From the NCBI RefSeq assembly GCF_018350175.1, contig NC_058368.1:91514001-91578000 (forward strand): 64,000 bases of DNA, read 5' to 3'. The DNA comes from Felis catus (lineage: Eukaryota). How positions within the stretch are numbered: the stretch's first letter is position 1; each line of letters opens with the position of its first letter. The notes under the pieces are model-generated. The model saw only the letters and a program-made list of their open reading frames with translations, was not told the origin of the DNA and searched no databases. Made by a program: the position numbers and the translations under genes. Shown here piece after piece: positions 51,282 through 63,945 of the stretch.

Positions 51282-52017
51282 GCCCTAAAGGAAGGGGCTT
51301 TACTTAGCAAGCCCAGCCCTGAGCTAGGAATCTGGAGGCAGGCTCTGCCATCTGTCCCCTGTACAGAAAGGCAAACAGCTTCCTGTCTGAGCTGCCCTCT
51401 CCTGGAGACAACCACATCTTCTCTCCTGGCCTCTCTCGCTACTTGCTCCCTACCACATGCACCTGCTACACAGTGGCTCTAAGGGTCTTTGTTCCTGGCC
51501 ATGTCCTGGCCTGTCATGTTAAGACAAGATCAAAGCAGTGATATGGATAGAGGGTCTGTGATAACCTAAGGCATCACCATGTGCCACCTCTATCCCCTCT
51601 GTTTTCCCTTCTCAGTTGCCTGGACCTCCCTCTTCCCAAGTGCCAGCTCTAAGATTGGTGCATCCATGCTCACCCCAGGGGCTGTGATGGGCCCTCCCAC
51701 TGAAGAGCTACACTGAGGACGCTCAGGCCCCAGGATGGGTGCTCTGGACTGAGTCCTCTGTGGTCACCTCCACACTTGTTTCCTGCATCTCTCCAGTCGG
51801 GCCTCTCTTCCCGGCAGCAGTGGTTGAAGCCCAGAACTGCGAACCAGATACAGAGCCATCACACGGTTTTGACTTTGGTCCCCAAGTCCATTTGAAAGAA
51901 AATGAAGATCATGGTTCTAAATAATGACTTGCTCTCCCTTCCACAAATCCAGTAAATACAGTCCTCAAAAAACAAAGTATCAAAACCAAGTAGATGTCCC
52001 TTACACTTGCCAGTGGT

Positions 52018-52219
52018 ATTTTATTTATTTTTGAGAGAGAAAGACAGGGTGTGAGCAGGAGAGGGGCAGAGAGAGGAGGGGGAGACACAGAATCTGAAGC
52101 GGGCTCCAGGCTCCGAGCTGTCAGTCCAGAGCCCGACACGGGGCTCGAACTCACAAACCGGAAGATCATGACTGGAACCCAAGTTGGCCACTTAACCGAC
52201 TGAACCACCCAGGCACCCC
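52018..52219 (-). mobile_element. Can-SINE
   Basis: TSD CTTGCCAGT(G/A)GTATTTT on both sides. Confidence 0.93.
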
Positions 52220-52591
52220 TTGCCAGTAGTATTTTAGTTACAAGCAACAGAAATAGGGGGATCTTGTTATCACAAGAATCAAGGGGACCACATGGATGGC
52301 CCCACAGGCCTGCTGTGGAGCAGCAGGAAGAGGTGAACAACCAAGAAAGAAGGAGACAGGGCTGCTCCAGGCAGCATTCCAGGGGCCCCACTCCAGTGGA
52401 GACTCCCCTGCAGGTGCAGCCTCCTTTCCTGGGGGCACTGGGCCTCGGCTATTGCACAAAGGGGAAGGTTTCTGCCACTAAGGTCTTGGGCTCCCTCTAG
52501 GTCAGCTATTCACTTCCTGGGTTGGGAAATACAGCTAAAAACAAGCTCTGTCAATCAGACAATCTCTCCACATAAGGTAGAAATTCAACAA

Positions 52592-53008
52592 GTTTTTTAT
52601 TTTTTTCATTTTTTAGAGAGAAAATGCGTGTGCGCGAGCAGGGAAGAAGGGGAGAGAGAAAGAAAATCTTGAGGTTCTACGCTCAGCACAGAGCCCAATG
52701 CAGGGCTTGATCCCACGACCCTGGGATTAACATTGAAATCAAGAATTGGACGCTCAACCGAGTCACCCAAGCGCCCTGAAACAAGTTTTTAAAATTTTTT
52801 TTACATTTATTCATTTTTGAGAAACAGAGAGAGACAGAGCACAAGTGGGGGAGGGGCAGAGAGAGAGAGAGGGAGACACAGAATCTGAAGCAGGCTCTAG
52901 GCTTTGAGCTGTCAGCACAGAGCCCAACGCGGGGCCTGAACTCACAACCCGCAAGATCTGACCTGAGCCAAAGTCGGATGCTTAACTGACTGAGCCACCC
53001 AGGTGCCC
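52592..53008 (-). mobile_element. Two tandem Can-SINEs (52592-52776, 52790-53008)
   Basis: Two reverse-complement SINE bodies. Confidence 0.88.
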
Positions 53009-53949
53009 CAAGTTTTTAAAAATTGAGTAAGCATTAAGCCAGATTGTGGTACCCATCACAGACCATCCGCTAACAAGCTCACAGAGACAGAAGGAAACTC
53101 ATCCTTTCATACAGCCAGGCAGTGACATCACAGAGAATCATATATTCCAGATAAACCACAACGAGTCCTCAAGAAGACTTGAGGGCACCATTTGTCACAC
53201 ATAGTTCACCTTAAATTCACCTGGTCATTGGGTTGCTACTTGTTTCCTGGTTGCCTTTACCCAAAGGAAAAATCTAGTATTGTATTGCAAGAGGTAGATT
53301 TGGAACTTAGAGACACTCGCCTGCTGAAGTTGCTTCCTACTTTCCTAGAGAGACTGGGAGTTAGGAGATCCACCTTCCTCCATGATTGCAGTTCACAGAG
53401 ATGACTCACAAGTCCTAGTGAAAGCACTCTTGCTCTTTGGAAAGCTAGCAGGAGGCTTACCAGCTTTTTAAGTTCCCCTCCCGGCCCACAGAGCAGCTCC
53501 GTGGATGACAGGCCTAGGACTCCATGTACCTGGAACTTGATCATTGTTCAGAGGCCTGGAAGGTGATCAAGGCCCCTTCTGAAGACAAATCACATTCCCC
53601 AAAATAGAGAAAGAGCCCTCCCAGTCCAGGAAATGCTTAGTTAAAATCCTCTCGTTCTGGTAGTTTTCAGATTTCAATTATTATTCAATGAATATTATTA
53701 TTCATTATTGAACTTGGATAATATCTAGACCCACAGATGCTTCCCAAAACCTGCCTCGGTACAAGGATCAGACGTTACTTCTGCCAGTGACGCTGGTTCC
53801 TGGCCTTCGCATTTAAGGATTTAGTATCTCCCACCAGCAGACATAAAGGTATCTGGGGGCCCCGTCAGTGCAGGAGAATCCCTGAAAACCACTCAGACGT
53901 ACAGAGTGAATCATGCCAAGGTGCCCCCACATTTCTCTGTCCCTTACAG

Positions 53950-54241
53950 GCCAGTCCTTGGAGAGACCAGGAAATCCGGTTTTCTACAAGAATGGGGAAT
54001 CCTTGGAAGGGAGTTTCCTCTTGAGTCAAGGAAGAAGAACCCCATCCTGACAAAGACGATTCTTTTGTGCTCAAGTCCAGGGCCATAGAGAAGAGCTGGC
54101 GACAATGTTCCCAAATGCTGATGTGTTTGCAGGACTTATACTGGACTACATAGGAGGCCAAGAAATGAACCCCGGCCTGTCCTTGTGGAGAAACCATGCA
54201 ACAGACCCTGGGCCAGAACTGGGAGGAACCAATCTCCTCAG
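53950..54241 (+). pseudogene. MSANTD5: Disabled Myb/SANT-like domain exon, MSANTD5-like pseudogene
   Basis: Acceptor CCCTTACAG| and donor TCAG|GTAGGG. Reconstructed as ASPWRDQEIR/FLQEWGILGREFPLESRKKNPILTKTILLC/KSRAIEKSWRQCSQMLMCLQDLYWTT*EAKK*TPACPCGETMQQTLGQNWEEPISS, with two frameshifts and two stops. Synteny next to ZNF354A is recalled, not checked. Confidence 0.78.
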
Positions 54242-54507
54242 GTAGGGTTCTTCTATGTTCTATTTTGTGGCCCTTAATCACTTAAAGGTACAGACCAACA
54301 TGGGCTGACTTAGTCCATCACACTGTACCCTAGCATAGTAGAGAATTAGGAGACAGGCCTCTACCTTATTTAGAGTGGTCATGGCCCCCGTGGAAGGCAA
54401 GTCCAGAGACAGTCACCCAAGGAGAAGGTCTGGGCCACCAACACTGAAGGGGTCTGTTCCACTTGGCTTTTCCCTGCCTCTGCACACCACCACCTCCCAC
54501 TTCCCAG

Positions 54508-54650
54508 AACCAGCTCCATGCCTAGCCCATCCATGTTCCCCAGAGTCAAGCCCTGCGTTCCCCCACAAGTGAACCATATTGAGGACACCCAAGTACTAGG
54601 ATGGGTTCTGGGAGCCTTGGATCCTGTCTGGTCTATCTCTGTGATCATTT
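54508..54650 (+). pseudogene. Probable last-exon remnant of the MSANTD5-like pseudogene
   Basis: PCVPPQVNHIEDTQVLGW resembles the recalled PMWAPTPVIYVENPQVPGW of human MSANTD5; boundaries uncertain. Confidence 0.45.
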
Positions 54651-56444
54651 CCTGTACTTCTTCTGGCACACCTCAGGTCCCAGCAGGATTGAACCTCTGC
54701 AGACTCTGAACCAGGTCTTGAACTTAGATAATCTGAATGTGATCCCTTTTGCACTTTAGACAGTGGACTACCATGGTTCCAAACACTCTTAACTCCTTCT
54801 CTTGCCAAAACCCAATGTCATGAAATAAAATGGGACATTGAAGATGGTTCTCCTCTCTTTCATCCTTGGGACATTGGCTTGGATGGGACCCAGAAAATAT
54901 AGAGAAAAAAATATAGAGAAAAATAGAGGTCAAGGTGCTGGGTGGGAGCTTAGCTTCTAGGTGCCTGGAATCTGCCATCCCTCCCTCCCTGCTATTTTGT
55001 TCATTCTTAGTGCCCAGAGGCCCAATGACCAACATGAGAAAACCTGTACATTCAGAGAGGATAGACATTCAATCCTGCCTTTAGCAATTTCTAGCATTGT
55101 CTATTCATTGACCAGTACCAGATCTCACCCTACTAAAATTAAGCTGAAGTTTCTTCATAGTCAGACTTGGGGGGAATATTTTCTGTGTAGTATATGTATA
55201 CACATATATGGGGTCACTCAGTCATATTTTTCTCCACATTTCTTAAAAGTGTATGAATTTTCTCCCAGTATAGATCCCAGCTTAGTCTAGTCTTGGTCTT
55301 GAAAAACTGTGTTATTACACACAATTCATCGCTCTCCTATTACTAAGAAGATTAGTCAAAATAATTATGATGTCCTTTGATTAATATTGCATATCATGGG
55401 GAGAATGGAAGCTTTAAGAGAACCCAGATGGGTAACTGGTCACTAAAGGGCATCTGTGAGTAGCCACATTTCTAAAAATAAACATGGGGGAGCAGACCCT
55501 CTGTCTTGTGTGCCAAAGCCTAGGTAAAAGGACTCCTACAGGGCATGAGGGTGTGGGCAATCCACCCATAGACTAGTCAGAGACAGGTGTGGGCACAGAC
55601 ATCCTGTCTTGGAGCCCCCCTCTCCCTCCTGGGGCATCTCATGCACATGGAGGCCTTTGTGCCTGAATCAGATTGGGCCTGGGTTCTAGGTAGTCACCTT
55701 CTAAAGACTCTCCTTCAAGGCACAGAAAAGCAGCAACACCCCCAGGCCCACTAGGGCCCATGTTCCCCTCTTAGCTGACAAAGGGTGTCTTGTAATGTGG
55801 CTGTAGGCTGGATACACCCCAACCCAGGCACCCAGAGGCCTCCAGAGACAATATGCTACCCTCAGATTTCAGGAAGCATCCAAGGAGGCAGGACTGAAGG
55901 TGATGATGCTCTGACCCAGGGTCAGATCTAGAGGACCCAACTGTCAGGGCCATCTGGTCCCCACTCTTCCCTCTGAGACCTGCAAGAGGTGCCAATGACC
56001 ACCAGGGGGAACCAGAGACACCAAAAGGCTAGAGGGTCTATAGTGGGGGAGGCAAGGCTCCTCTAGTGGGAGGGGAGGTGGGGCTCTTCTCACCATAGAG
56101 GTGGTTCCTGTCTGTGTCTGAGCCCTCTGTCCCCAGCCCTAGTCTTCATCTTAGTGACTTGTCAGCCTCCTGTCACACACTTGGGTTAAAATGGCCTCTA
56201 ACATCTCTTTAGTTTATTCTCTGCTCCAGTCTCTTCCTTCATAGTCTCTGAACTCAGAGGAGAGGCTCTTCCTCTGTAAACACTTCTGACTCACCTCAGA
56301 AACTGTCCAGGGCTCACCCAGACACCCACAATTCTGGCCTGTGAAGACCTTCCTCCAGGAAAACCCAATATGTTCATTCACTTCAAATACTTTTGCCTGT
56401 AAGATATAAACACAGTGCCCCCTATTTCTTACATTCAGCTGAAA

Positions 56445-57187
56445 ACCTTCAAATTTACCCAGAAAGTATTTTTATTTGAAGTAATATTTCACTGATAAGC
56501 CTGGTTTACATTGAAATATAGAAACCATTGCCCTTACATTGAGGACTTTTCTCTAAGCTTTGAAGCTGAACAACATGTCCTCTAGAAGACAGACAGCCCT
56601 AAAGACATTTGAAAAACAGATTCTCAAATCCACACACCCCTCCAGAGTCAATCTCAAGGAGAGGTTCTAGGTCAGGCTCTGGTCCTCTGTTCCAAGCTGC
56701 AGGGGTTTTCATCAATCTCTCAAGTTCCCCAAGAAATAAAAAACCAAACCTGGCCATTCGAACCCTCTTCACACTGAGGTTCTCTGCCCTGCCTGTGCAT
56801 CAGAACCACCTGGAACCTTCTGAACTCCTGAGGTCCGGGCCCCACCAGGATCATTACGTGAGAATCTCTGGAGAAAGGACTCTCACCCTGTTGTGAATGC
56901 CTTTCTGGGTAGTTATTTTTTTTTTAATATATATGTGTGTGTACATATATACATATATATGTATGTATACATTTTTTTGAGAGAGAGAGAGAGAGAGCAC
57001 GCGTGTGCACAAGCAGGGGAGGGGCAGAGATAGAGGGAGACAGAGGATCCAAAGCGGCCTCCACACTGACAGCAGAGAGCCTAACACGCGGCTTGAACCC
57101 ATGAACCACAAGATCATGACCTGAGCTGAAAGCTGGATGCCTGAGCCATCCATGCACCCCCACCCTTTTTTTTTATGTTTATTTATT

Positions 57188-57250
<63 letters not shown>

Positions 57251-57640
57251 AGATCTGAAGCGGGCTCTGCGCTGACAATAGAGAGCCCCATGCGGAGCTC
57301 ACAAGCTGTGAGATCATGACCTAAGCTGAAGTCAGCTGCTCAACCCACTGAGTCACCCAGGCGCCCCCTTCTGGGTAGTTCTAATATGCAGCCAAGGTGT
57401 GACTCACTTCCCAAGTTTCCACCTCCCTGGAGCACGGGGAGGTGGGAAAGCGCCTAGGAGGCCCTGCTCTCAGGTGTAGCTCATGGTCAAGTGCACCATG
57501 TTCCTGAGGGAGTAGGGCTACCATCCAGGCTGTATGTTTGAATAAGCTGGACAGCTTCACAAACACAAAGTTGTGGGCTCAGCATGCTTTCCCTGAGCTT
57601 AGAGACTAATGGAAAAGCTAGACTTGACCAAGGACTTTGA
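56445..57640 (+). repeat. Copy A of an old local direct duplication (contains a MER5-like element and two SINEs)
   Basis: Several collinear blocks shared with 60131-60840 (see findings). Confidence 0.8.
56915..57368 (-). mobile_element. Two Can-SINEs sharing one outer TSD
   Basis: TSD TTCTGGGTAGTT at 56903-56914 and 57369-57380; bodies 56915-57160 and 57165-57368, with (GA)n at 57190-57245. Confidence 0.9.
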
Positions 57641-59619
57641 TAAGCCATGCTAGTTTTCTAGCTTGAGGCAGGACCTAGAAGCAGTCCTAGACCACTTCTG
57701 ACTCAGATACTGAACCTTACATTTAACCTGGTGCCCAGGTCCATTTGAGAGAGGAGGGAGGTCAGGACTCCTCCTCTTCCTGAAGCCCAATGGAATTTAA
57801 GTAAAATGTGAAATTATCTGGAGGATCCTCTACCTTGGCCACATGACCAGGTCTTGAGAGACCCAAAAAAAGCAGGAAGAGCCAAGGAGCAGGGAGGGAG
57901 CTCAGCTTCTGGAGGTCTTGGGATCTGTAAACTCTCAGGTTAAAAAAAATTTTTTTTCCAGGAATCAGGGGTGTGCATTTTTGAAGAAGAGTCAACTTAG
58001 TTTGCAGTTGAGGGTCTAAGGCCCAGAATCCTTTATAACCACTGCCAGGCACAATATCGAGGCCAGGCACAATATCTCCCAGGTATCCAAGGAGATGCTA
58101 GTTTAGGTGCAAAGGGATTTATGGCAGGTGTTATCAATGTCCTAGTCTTTCAGTGAGTCACAAGGGCTGAACTCTGGATGAGCCTGCCTCAATCGCAGGC
58201 AAGACTTAAGTCCCCTCCCCTCCCCTCCCTTCTCAATGGAGAACACCAGGATTCCCAGAGAATGCAGGATGCACCCAAGATCACAGAGCCAGTGGGAATG
58301 CTGGGGCTCCGTACTTCCATGGAAAACCAGGGCTTCCCAGTGTGGGTGGAGGCAAGTTCTGCCCAAGGGCCTCTGGGTCCCCTCCACCACCATGGCAACA
58401 ACCCCTCTGCCTTCCACTCTCCCCTTATTCCCTCCTCCATCCACTGCTCTTCTCGTGGTTTGGGTAATAGAGTCGAACTCTCTCTCTGCACGCCTCCCTT
58501 CTCTCTGCTCTTGACTTGTGTTTCCTGACACCTTGATGTTCTGCCTAATGGTTACTAATACCCTTCCATGACCCACTGTTAGCTTCAGATACAGCCCTTC
58601 TCATTCCAGCCTAGAGCTCGGCAGACACACCGGCTGGATCCCACACCCACCCATGGTTTCTGGCTTTTTCTCTCCAACATCTTTGTTGACAACCGTTTCC
58701 ACCCAGGCAAACAGCTATCACTACTTATCTGTTGAAACCCCACTTTTACCCACATCCCTCTATTCCTTCCAGATTCCCTAGAACTCCCAAATTTGGGCTG
58801 TGAGAGTTTTTCTAAATTGCATTTCATGTTGGTATTGACAAAAAAATTTAACTGGTGATTTTCTATCAGCTTGCAAGCCCCCCTCCCCCCGCCTTTCCTT
58901 AAAGATAGAAAAATCACCTCTAGATCATAATGAGATGCACTTCCTTTTACAAGACTCCTGTTGACCTTTAAGGGGAAAAGTCAGGGGTCAGGGTGGGAAT
59001 CTTTGCCCTGTGTTTAGGGGGAGGCCCCGCAGAGAATCCCGGACTGTTAATGGAAAGTGTTAATGGAAACCAAGCTTCTCCTGGTTTTCTCGATTTTGTA
59101 GGTCCTAGTGGTTAAAGGAGTGACTTCAAGGTCAGCCTGGTCCATTGTGCCCTGAGCTGAGCAGAGAATTCTGAGCCAGGCCAGCCCATATGTTCCCTCC
59201 GCACAGCAGAAAGAGTCCTTATCTTTCTGGCATAGCCCCTGCTTCTCCCTCCGTTTGCTCCTCAGTAACTGGTGGACCCAAAAGTGGATTTGAGGGACAC
59301 TGTCCTGGCCTCAAAGTCGACATGGCGTCTCCATTAAGGCAGTTTTCTCAGAGACATGGTGCCCTCCTGAAATCTGTTCTCTATCGTCTCTCTCTGCTCG
59401 CTCCCTCTCCCCTCCTCCCAACTATTCTCAGCCTGGAAAGCCTTGGTTCCCCACCCAGTCGGTATTGCAACATGTGTTTGTCCCTGTGATCAACACACCT
59501 CTGGTTTCCCTCTTACCTACTTCAGCTTCTCAGGATACCTTTAGGTAGGAATTGCCATAAATTCTCTCCCATGTTTTTCTTATTTGCCCAAGTTCCCTTA
59601 TCTCCTGATTTTTTTTCCA

Positions 59620-60021
59620 AGGTTTATCTTTTAAATTTTTTTTCCCAGTGTTTATTTTTGGGAGACAGAGCACTAGTGGGGAGAGGCAGAGAGAGAGGGA
59701 GACACAGAATCTGAAGCAGGCTCCAGGCTCCGAGCTGTCAGCACAGAGCCCGACGCAGGGCTCGAACTCAAGAACCGTAAGATCATGACCTGAGCCTAAA
59801 TGGGACGCTTAATCGACTGAGCCACCCAGGCGCCCCTCAATGTTTATTTTTGAGAGAGAGAGAGAGAATGGGAAGAGGAGGGGCAGAGAGAGGGAGAGAG
59901 AATCCCAAGCAGGCTCTGCACTGCTGGCACAGAGCCTGACTCAGGGTTCTATCCCACAAACGGTGAGATCATTACCTGAGCCAAAATTAAAAGTCAGACC
60001 CTCCACCAACTGAACCACCCT
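59620..60021 (-). mobile_element. Two tandem/nested Can-SINEs
   Basis: Bodies at ~59620-59836 and ~59837-60021. Confidence 0.9.
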
Positions 60022-60130
60022 GTGAGGTGTCCTATGACACAGAAACACCATCTCCTTACACTCGCCTCACTTTCTTAGCTTAACTACCTTATCTTCCCAT
60101 ATTCTGTCCCAACAAGAAGGTGGCCTGCTT

Positions 60131-60840
60131 GCTTCAAGAATTCACCCTAAAAACATCATTTTTTTAAACGGTGAAATCTGGAAAGTTTCCCCTAAATTAG
60201 AAGATTTTCCCCCAAAGGCTTAGAACTCAGTATCTAAGTCCTGAGTTTCCACATTCGTAGGAAGACAAGCAGTCCTAAAAGGGGCGACATAATTTCCTTG
60301 AAATCCACATGCCCCTCTGGAATAAGTCTCAAGTCTCAGGAAGGCTTTCCTAGATCAAGCCCGAGTCTTCTGCCCCAAAGAGGTTCTGAGAGCGTCCATC
60401 CCTTCCTCCAAGAAAAAGCAAGAGCTCCGACTCTTTAAAGAGGAGCTTCTCTGCCCGGATTGTGCATTAAAACCACCTGAAAACTTACAGAAGTCTCTGC
60501 CCCGCTGGAGAACCCGGATGTGGGGAAAACCCACAGACGCCCTGCTCTCAGGTGCAGCTCATGGCCGAGTGCGCCATGTTCCTCCAGGGGGCAGCATATC
60601 TCAGCCCAGGTGGCGCCAAGACAATCTCCCAGACAGCTCTCCACAAACGCCGCGCCCGGACTCAGCCCAGGATGATTAAACTCTAACCACAGAGATTGAC
60701 CTTTGAAATGCCTTCCAGCTGATTCCACTGCAGAATCCAGTCTGGGAAGCTGTTTTGCAGCTGAATTCACTTGCAGGCACGATCCACGATTTTGCTGAGT
60801 TTATAGATTAGCGGCGGAGCTAGACTTGACCAGGAAGTTG
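60131..60840 (+). repeat. Copy B of the old local direct duplication
   Basis: Collinear with 56445-57640 and richer in CpG. Confidence 0.8.
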
Positions 60841-60859
60841 CATTAGACTGCACAGAGTT

Positions 60860-61055
60860 GGGGCGCCTGGGCAGCTGAGTCAGTTGAGCCTCTGACTCTT
60901 GATTTTGGCTCAGGTCACAATCTCGTGATTCATGAGTTCGAGCCCCGAGTCACGCTCTGCGCTCACAGAGCAGAGCCTGGGATTTTTCTCTCTCTTGCTT
61001 TCTCTCTGCCTCGCTCCCTCTCTCCCTCTCTCTCTCTCAAAATAAATAAACTTAC
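60860..61055 (+). mobile_element. Can-SINE
   Basis: SINE body. Confidence 0.88.
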
Positions 61056-61591
61056 TTCAAAAATCTGTACACAGTGGAGCCTAGATAACGGGAAGAAATT
61101 CAGCCTGACCTGAAGCTGTCAAGCGGACACGGAGTGAAGCATTTCCTGAAAAGCCACAGAACACACTAGCTGCACACTGAGGGAAATATAAGCTGGATCC
61201 CCCTTCAGTCTCTTGTCCATGGAAATCCCCTTAGTGCCTGGACTATTTTAATTCCCATGTGAGAGAAAACAAGACAGTTAATGGCACATACATATATTTA
61301 GAAGATAGGACAGCAATAATTTCTGCTTCAGAAGAGCTGTCGTTATGGTGATAAAAAGAATCTAGGAACTGTTTTTGCATTTCCGCTTTGGAAACAGCCT
61401 GGAAGCAGCCACCATTTACACAAAGGGAGAGGCCCTGAACAGGGGTTATGTTGAGGGTGACGCTGGGTATGGGTGCCCTGCGTGGGGCCCCACTGGGCAC
61501 GGAGGTGAAAGGTGTCCTGAAGCTTGTATTTATTTGCCTGCTGTATAACAAGGGCACTGACCTGGAGAGGGAAACCTGGTTTTTATTAGCC

Positions 61592-61615
61592 GGGGGGGGG
61601 GGGGGGGGGGGGGGG
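61592..61615 (+). repeat. G24 homopolymer
   Basis: 24 consecutive G. Confidence 0.95.
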
Positions 61616-61784
61616 TCAGGGTGACATGGTCAGGTTTTTGTCTAACGTGGTCCCTTAGGCAATCAGGGTGGGGTGTATAGGACAGGCCTGGAGTGGGAAG
61701 CAGTGTCCCATTAGGAGATTCCCTGGGCATATGGCATCTGGAAATGGAGGTCTGAAATCTGTGGAAATGAAGAGACTGTGATGT

Positions 61785-62009
61785 GTTTTTGTTTTGTTTG
61801 TTGTTGTTTTTAATTTTAGAGAAAGAGAGAGTGTGCGAGAGCAGGGGAGAGAGGCAGAGAGAGAGAGAGAGAGAGAGGGAGAGAATCTGAAGCAGGCTCT
61901 ACACCCAGCATGGAGCCCAACTCAGGGCTCAATCCCACAACCCTGGCATCATGACCTGAGCTGAAATCAAGAGTCAGATACACAACTGACTGAGCCAGCC
62001 AGGAGCTCC
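61785..62009 (-). mobile_element. Can-SINE
   Basis: Flanked by GACTGTGAT repeats. Confidence 0.9.
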
Positions 62010-62607
62010 AGGACTGTGATTTTTTTTTTTTTTTTTTTTTTTTTTAAGGATTCCTCCTGAGCCAACAGACGCTGAACCTAAGTTGACTGGAGAAGTTACC
62101 ACTCCCTGTAAAGCCCCCTTGCCTGCCTTCTGAGACATCATCCTGAGATGAATGCCATAAATCTGAAGGATTGGGTAGCATGGGGTGGATGGTCGCCAAG
62201 ACTCGAGTTTTATTCTGAGTGGGGTCCAGAATTCTGACCTGCAGCTGAGATTCTGAAGTCAAAAGACAATCTAAGGATCACACTCCTGTGTGTTTGTGGG
62301 AGGATGGCTGGGTTGTCTTTCACTTCACTTCATAATCATTTTTACAGCCATTAAATATGATCCCTGCATGTTTCTCTGAACTTCACAAATATTAAACTCA
62401 TTCAGTCCTCAAGGTGTGTGTCATGGAAGGTGTTACTATACTCATTCGGTGGTGCAGGGTGGTACCTGCCTGGACCAGCTGCACGTCTCAGAGCTGGGAA
62501 CAAATACCCAGCCCTGTGGCTCCAAGACGCTGTTAATGCTGCTTCTGAAATATTTCCTGGGACAGTCCTGCAAAATTCCTGATTTGAATGGGACGATGTG
62601 TCTGCTT

Positions 62608-63375
62608 TGATTTTTTATTTTTAAAGCTCACTTATTTATTTTGAAGGGGGAGGGGCAGAGACAGATTGGGAGACAGAGAGAGAATCCCAAGCAGGCTCTG
62701 TCTGTCAGCGAAGATCCCAGTGTGGGACTCAAACTCACGAACCGTGAGATCATGACTGGGGCTAAAGTTGGATGCTTAACCAATTGAGCCACCCAGGCAC
62801 CCCTGGCTAACTGTTTAAAAAGTCTTGAAGTCTGGGTGGCTCAGTCGGTTGAGCGTCCGACTTCAGCTCAGGTCACGATCTCGCGGTCCGTGAGTTCCAG
62901 CCCCGAGTCAGGCTCTGGGCTGATGGCTCAGAGCCTGGAGCCTGCTTCCGATTCTGTGTCTCCCTCTCTCTTTGCCCCTCCCCCGTTCATGCTCTGTCTC
63001 TCTCTGTCTCAAAAATAAATAAATGTTAAAAAAAATTTTTTTTAAAAAGTCTTGAAGAAGGAACGGCAAGGTCAGCCAACTGTCAACTTAAGGCATACTG
63101 TAGAGTCAGGGGTCTCCTACAGCCACAGGAAAGAGTGTGTTGAAAATAAGACTCACTTGGGGCACCTGGGTGGCTCAGTTGGTTAAGCATCTGACTTTGG
63201 CTCAGGTCATGGTCTCATGGTTCTTGAGATCAAGCCTGGTGTTGGACTCTGCGCTGAGCAGGGAGCCTACTTGGGATTCTCCTCTCTCTCCCTCTCTCTC
63301 TGCCCCTCCCCTGCTCATGTTAGCGCTTACTCTCTCTCTCTCCCTCTCTCAAAATAAATAAGCTTTTTTTAAAAA
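62608..63375. mobile_element. Three Can-SINEs: - 62608-62803, + 62831-63043 (young), + 63159-63375
   Basis: Recognisable bodies; the middle copy has TSD AAAAAGTCTTGAAG. Confidence 0.92.
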
Positions 63376-63619
63376 AAATATTGTCTTTTCAGTCTACCTC
63401 AAGTGACCAAATAAGTCACTTATTTAAGTATATACATATCCTTAAAAATATGTACCAAAAAACCAAAAAACAAAAAACATGTACCATAGTTGTGTTTTTT
63501 TTAAAAACGACAAAAATGACATTTTGTTATAAATCACATTTTCTCTTTCACTCAACGTTATCAGGTGTGTATTGCTATATGTCAATTTAGTTCATTGCTT
63601 TTAACTGATGTGTAGTCTA

Positions 63620-63945
63620 CAGTTGACTCTTGAAAACACTAGTCTGAACTTATATGTGTCTGTCTATACGTGGATTTTCTTTCAATAAATAGTCTAGTAC
63701 TATACATGTATTTTCCTTATGATTTCCTTAACATTTTTTCTCTAGCTTATTTTATTGTAAGAATACAGTATATAATATATATATATATATAATATGTTAA
63801 TTGTTTCTGTTATGTTGGTAATGCATCTGGTCAACAGTAGGCTCTTAGCAGTTGAGTTTTGGGGAGTCAAAAGTTACATGCAGATTTTCAAATGTGCAGC
63901 AGAGGTCGGTGCCCCTAACCCCTGTGTTGTTCAAGGATGGACCAT
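63620..63945. mobile_element. Tigger2-like Tc1/mariner MITE
   Basis: TA|CAGTTGACTCTTGAAAACAC...GTGTTGTTCAAGG inverted termini. Confidence 0.8.
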
